Below are positions 63,880-64,000 of a stretch of DNA of 64,000 bases, one piece after another. Position 1 is the first letter of the stretch; every line of letters starts with the position of its first letter. The position numbers were made by a program, and so were the translations under genes. Below the pieces are notes generated by a model, which was given only the letters and a program-made list of their open reading frames with translations, was not told the DNA's origin and did not search any database. The DNA comes from Terriglobia bacterium (lineage in GTDB: Bacteria > Acidobacteriota > Terriglobia > 2-12-FULL-54-10), in contig CAXVYR010000004.1 in assembly GCA_963666975.2 (NCBI GenBank), forward strand, positions 1,248,001 to 1,312,000. The letters run 5' to 3'.

Positions 63880-64000
63880 GATTGAATATCGGAATTGCCG
63901 AGACTCTCATCGATTTCGACTTCAGTCTCCACGCCCCGAAGCCGTTTCGCATAGCGGTAAGATTCGAGTGCCTCATTAGCAGTGGCAAGTTTAGCGGTGG
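63876..64000 (-). CDS. 3' end of a convergent hypothetical gene (partial)
   Basis: Open frame TAKLATANEALESYRYAKRLRGVETEVEIDESLGNSDIQS* whose TAG overlaps the stop of the 508-aa gene within CTAG. Confidence 0.5.
   Translation of the reverse strand, partial: TAKLATANEALESYRYAKRLRGVETEVEIDESLGNSDIQS

Overview
High-GC bacterial chromosomal window, most likely Acidobacteriota. This is inferred from a Cys-rich insertion in RpoB, a carboxypeptidase-domain TonB receptor, and MAxSPGTxLGxYEI-type kinase relics. The first half is mostly core genome: 5' part of gatB, a frameshifted PhoD-like gene, smc, an intact IS1016-like IS1595 element with 8-bp TSD, a four-gene c-di-GMP module (REC-HD-GYP; TM-GGDEF-HisKA-HATPase-REC fusion; PilZ; NarL/LuxR), xerC, trmFO, an ECF sigma/zinc-finger anti-sigma pair with a probable two-promoter regulon, thiL, and tRNAs-tuf-rpmG-tRNA-Trp-secE-nusG-rplKAJL-rpoBC. 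After rpoC (from about 36.3 kb) the sequence is an accessory, decaying zone. It holds an orphan PaaA/C-like diiron protein, a DUF481 barrel, two ferredoxins, IS3 relics, a broken amidohydrolase, a TonB receptor, nested palindromic repeats and a MITE, an IS-truncated alternative complex III operon ending in a porin, a GH15 relic, an aquaporin and IorAB. The window ends in an uncharacterised three-gene module: excisionase-like HTH, a 70-aa protein and a 508-aa papain-fold-like protein. That module is my best candidate for an undescribed system. No CRISPR array or rRNA was seen. All protein assignments come from motif recognition by eye; no database search was run.
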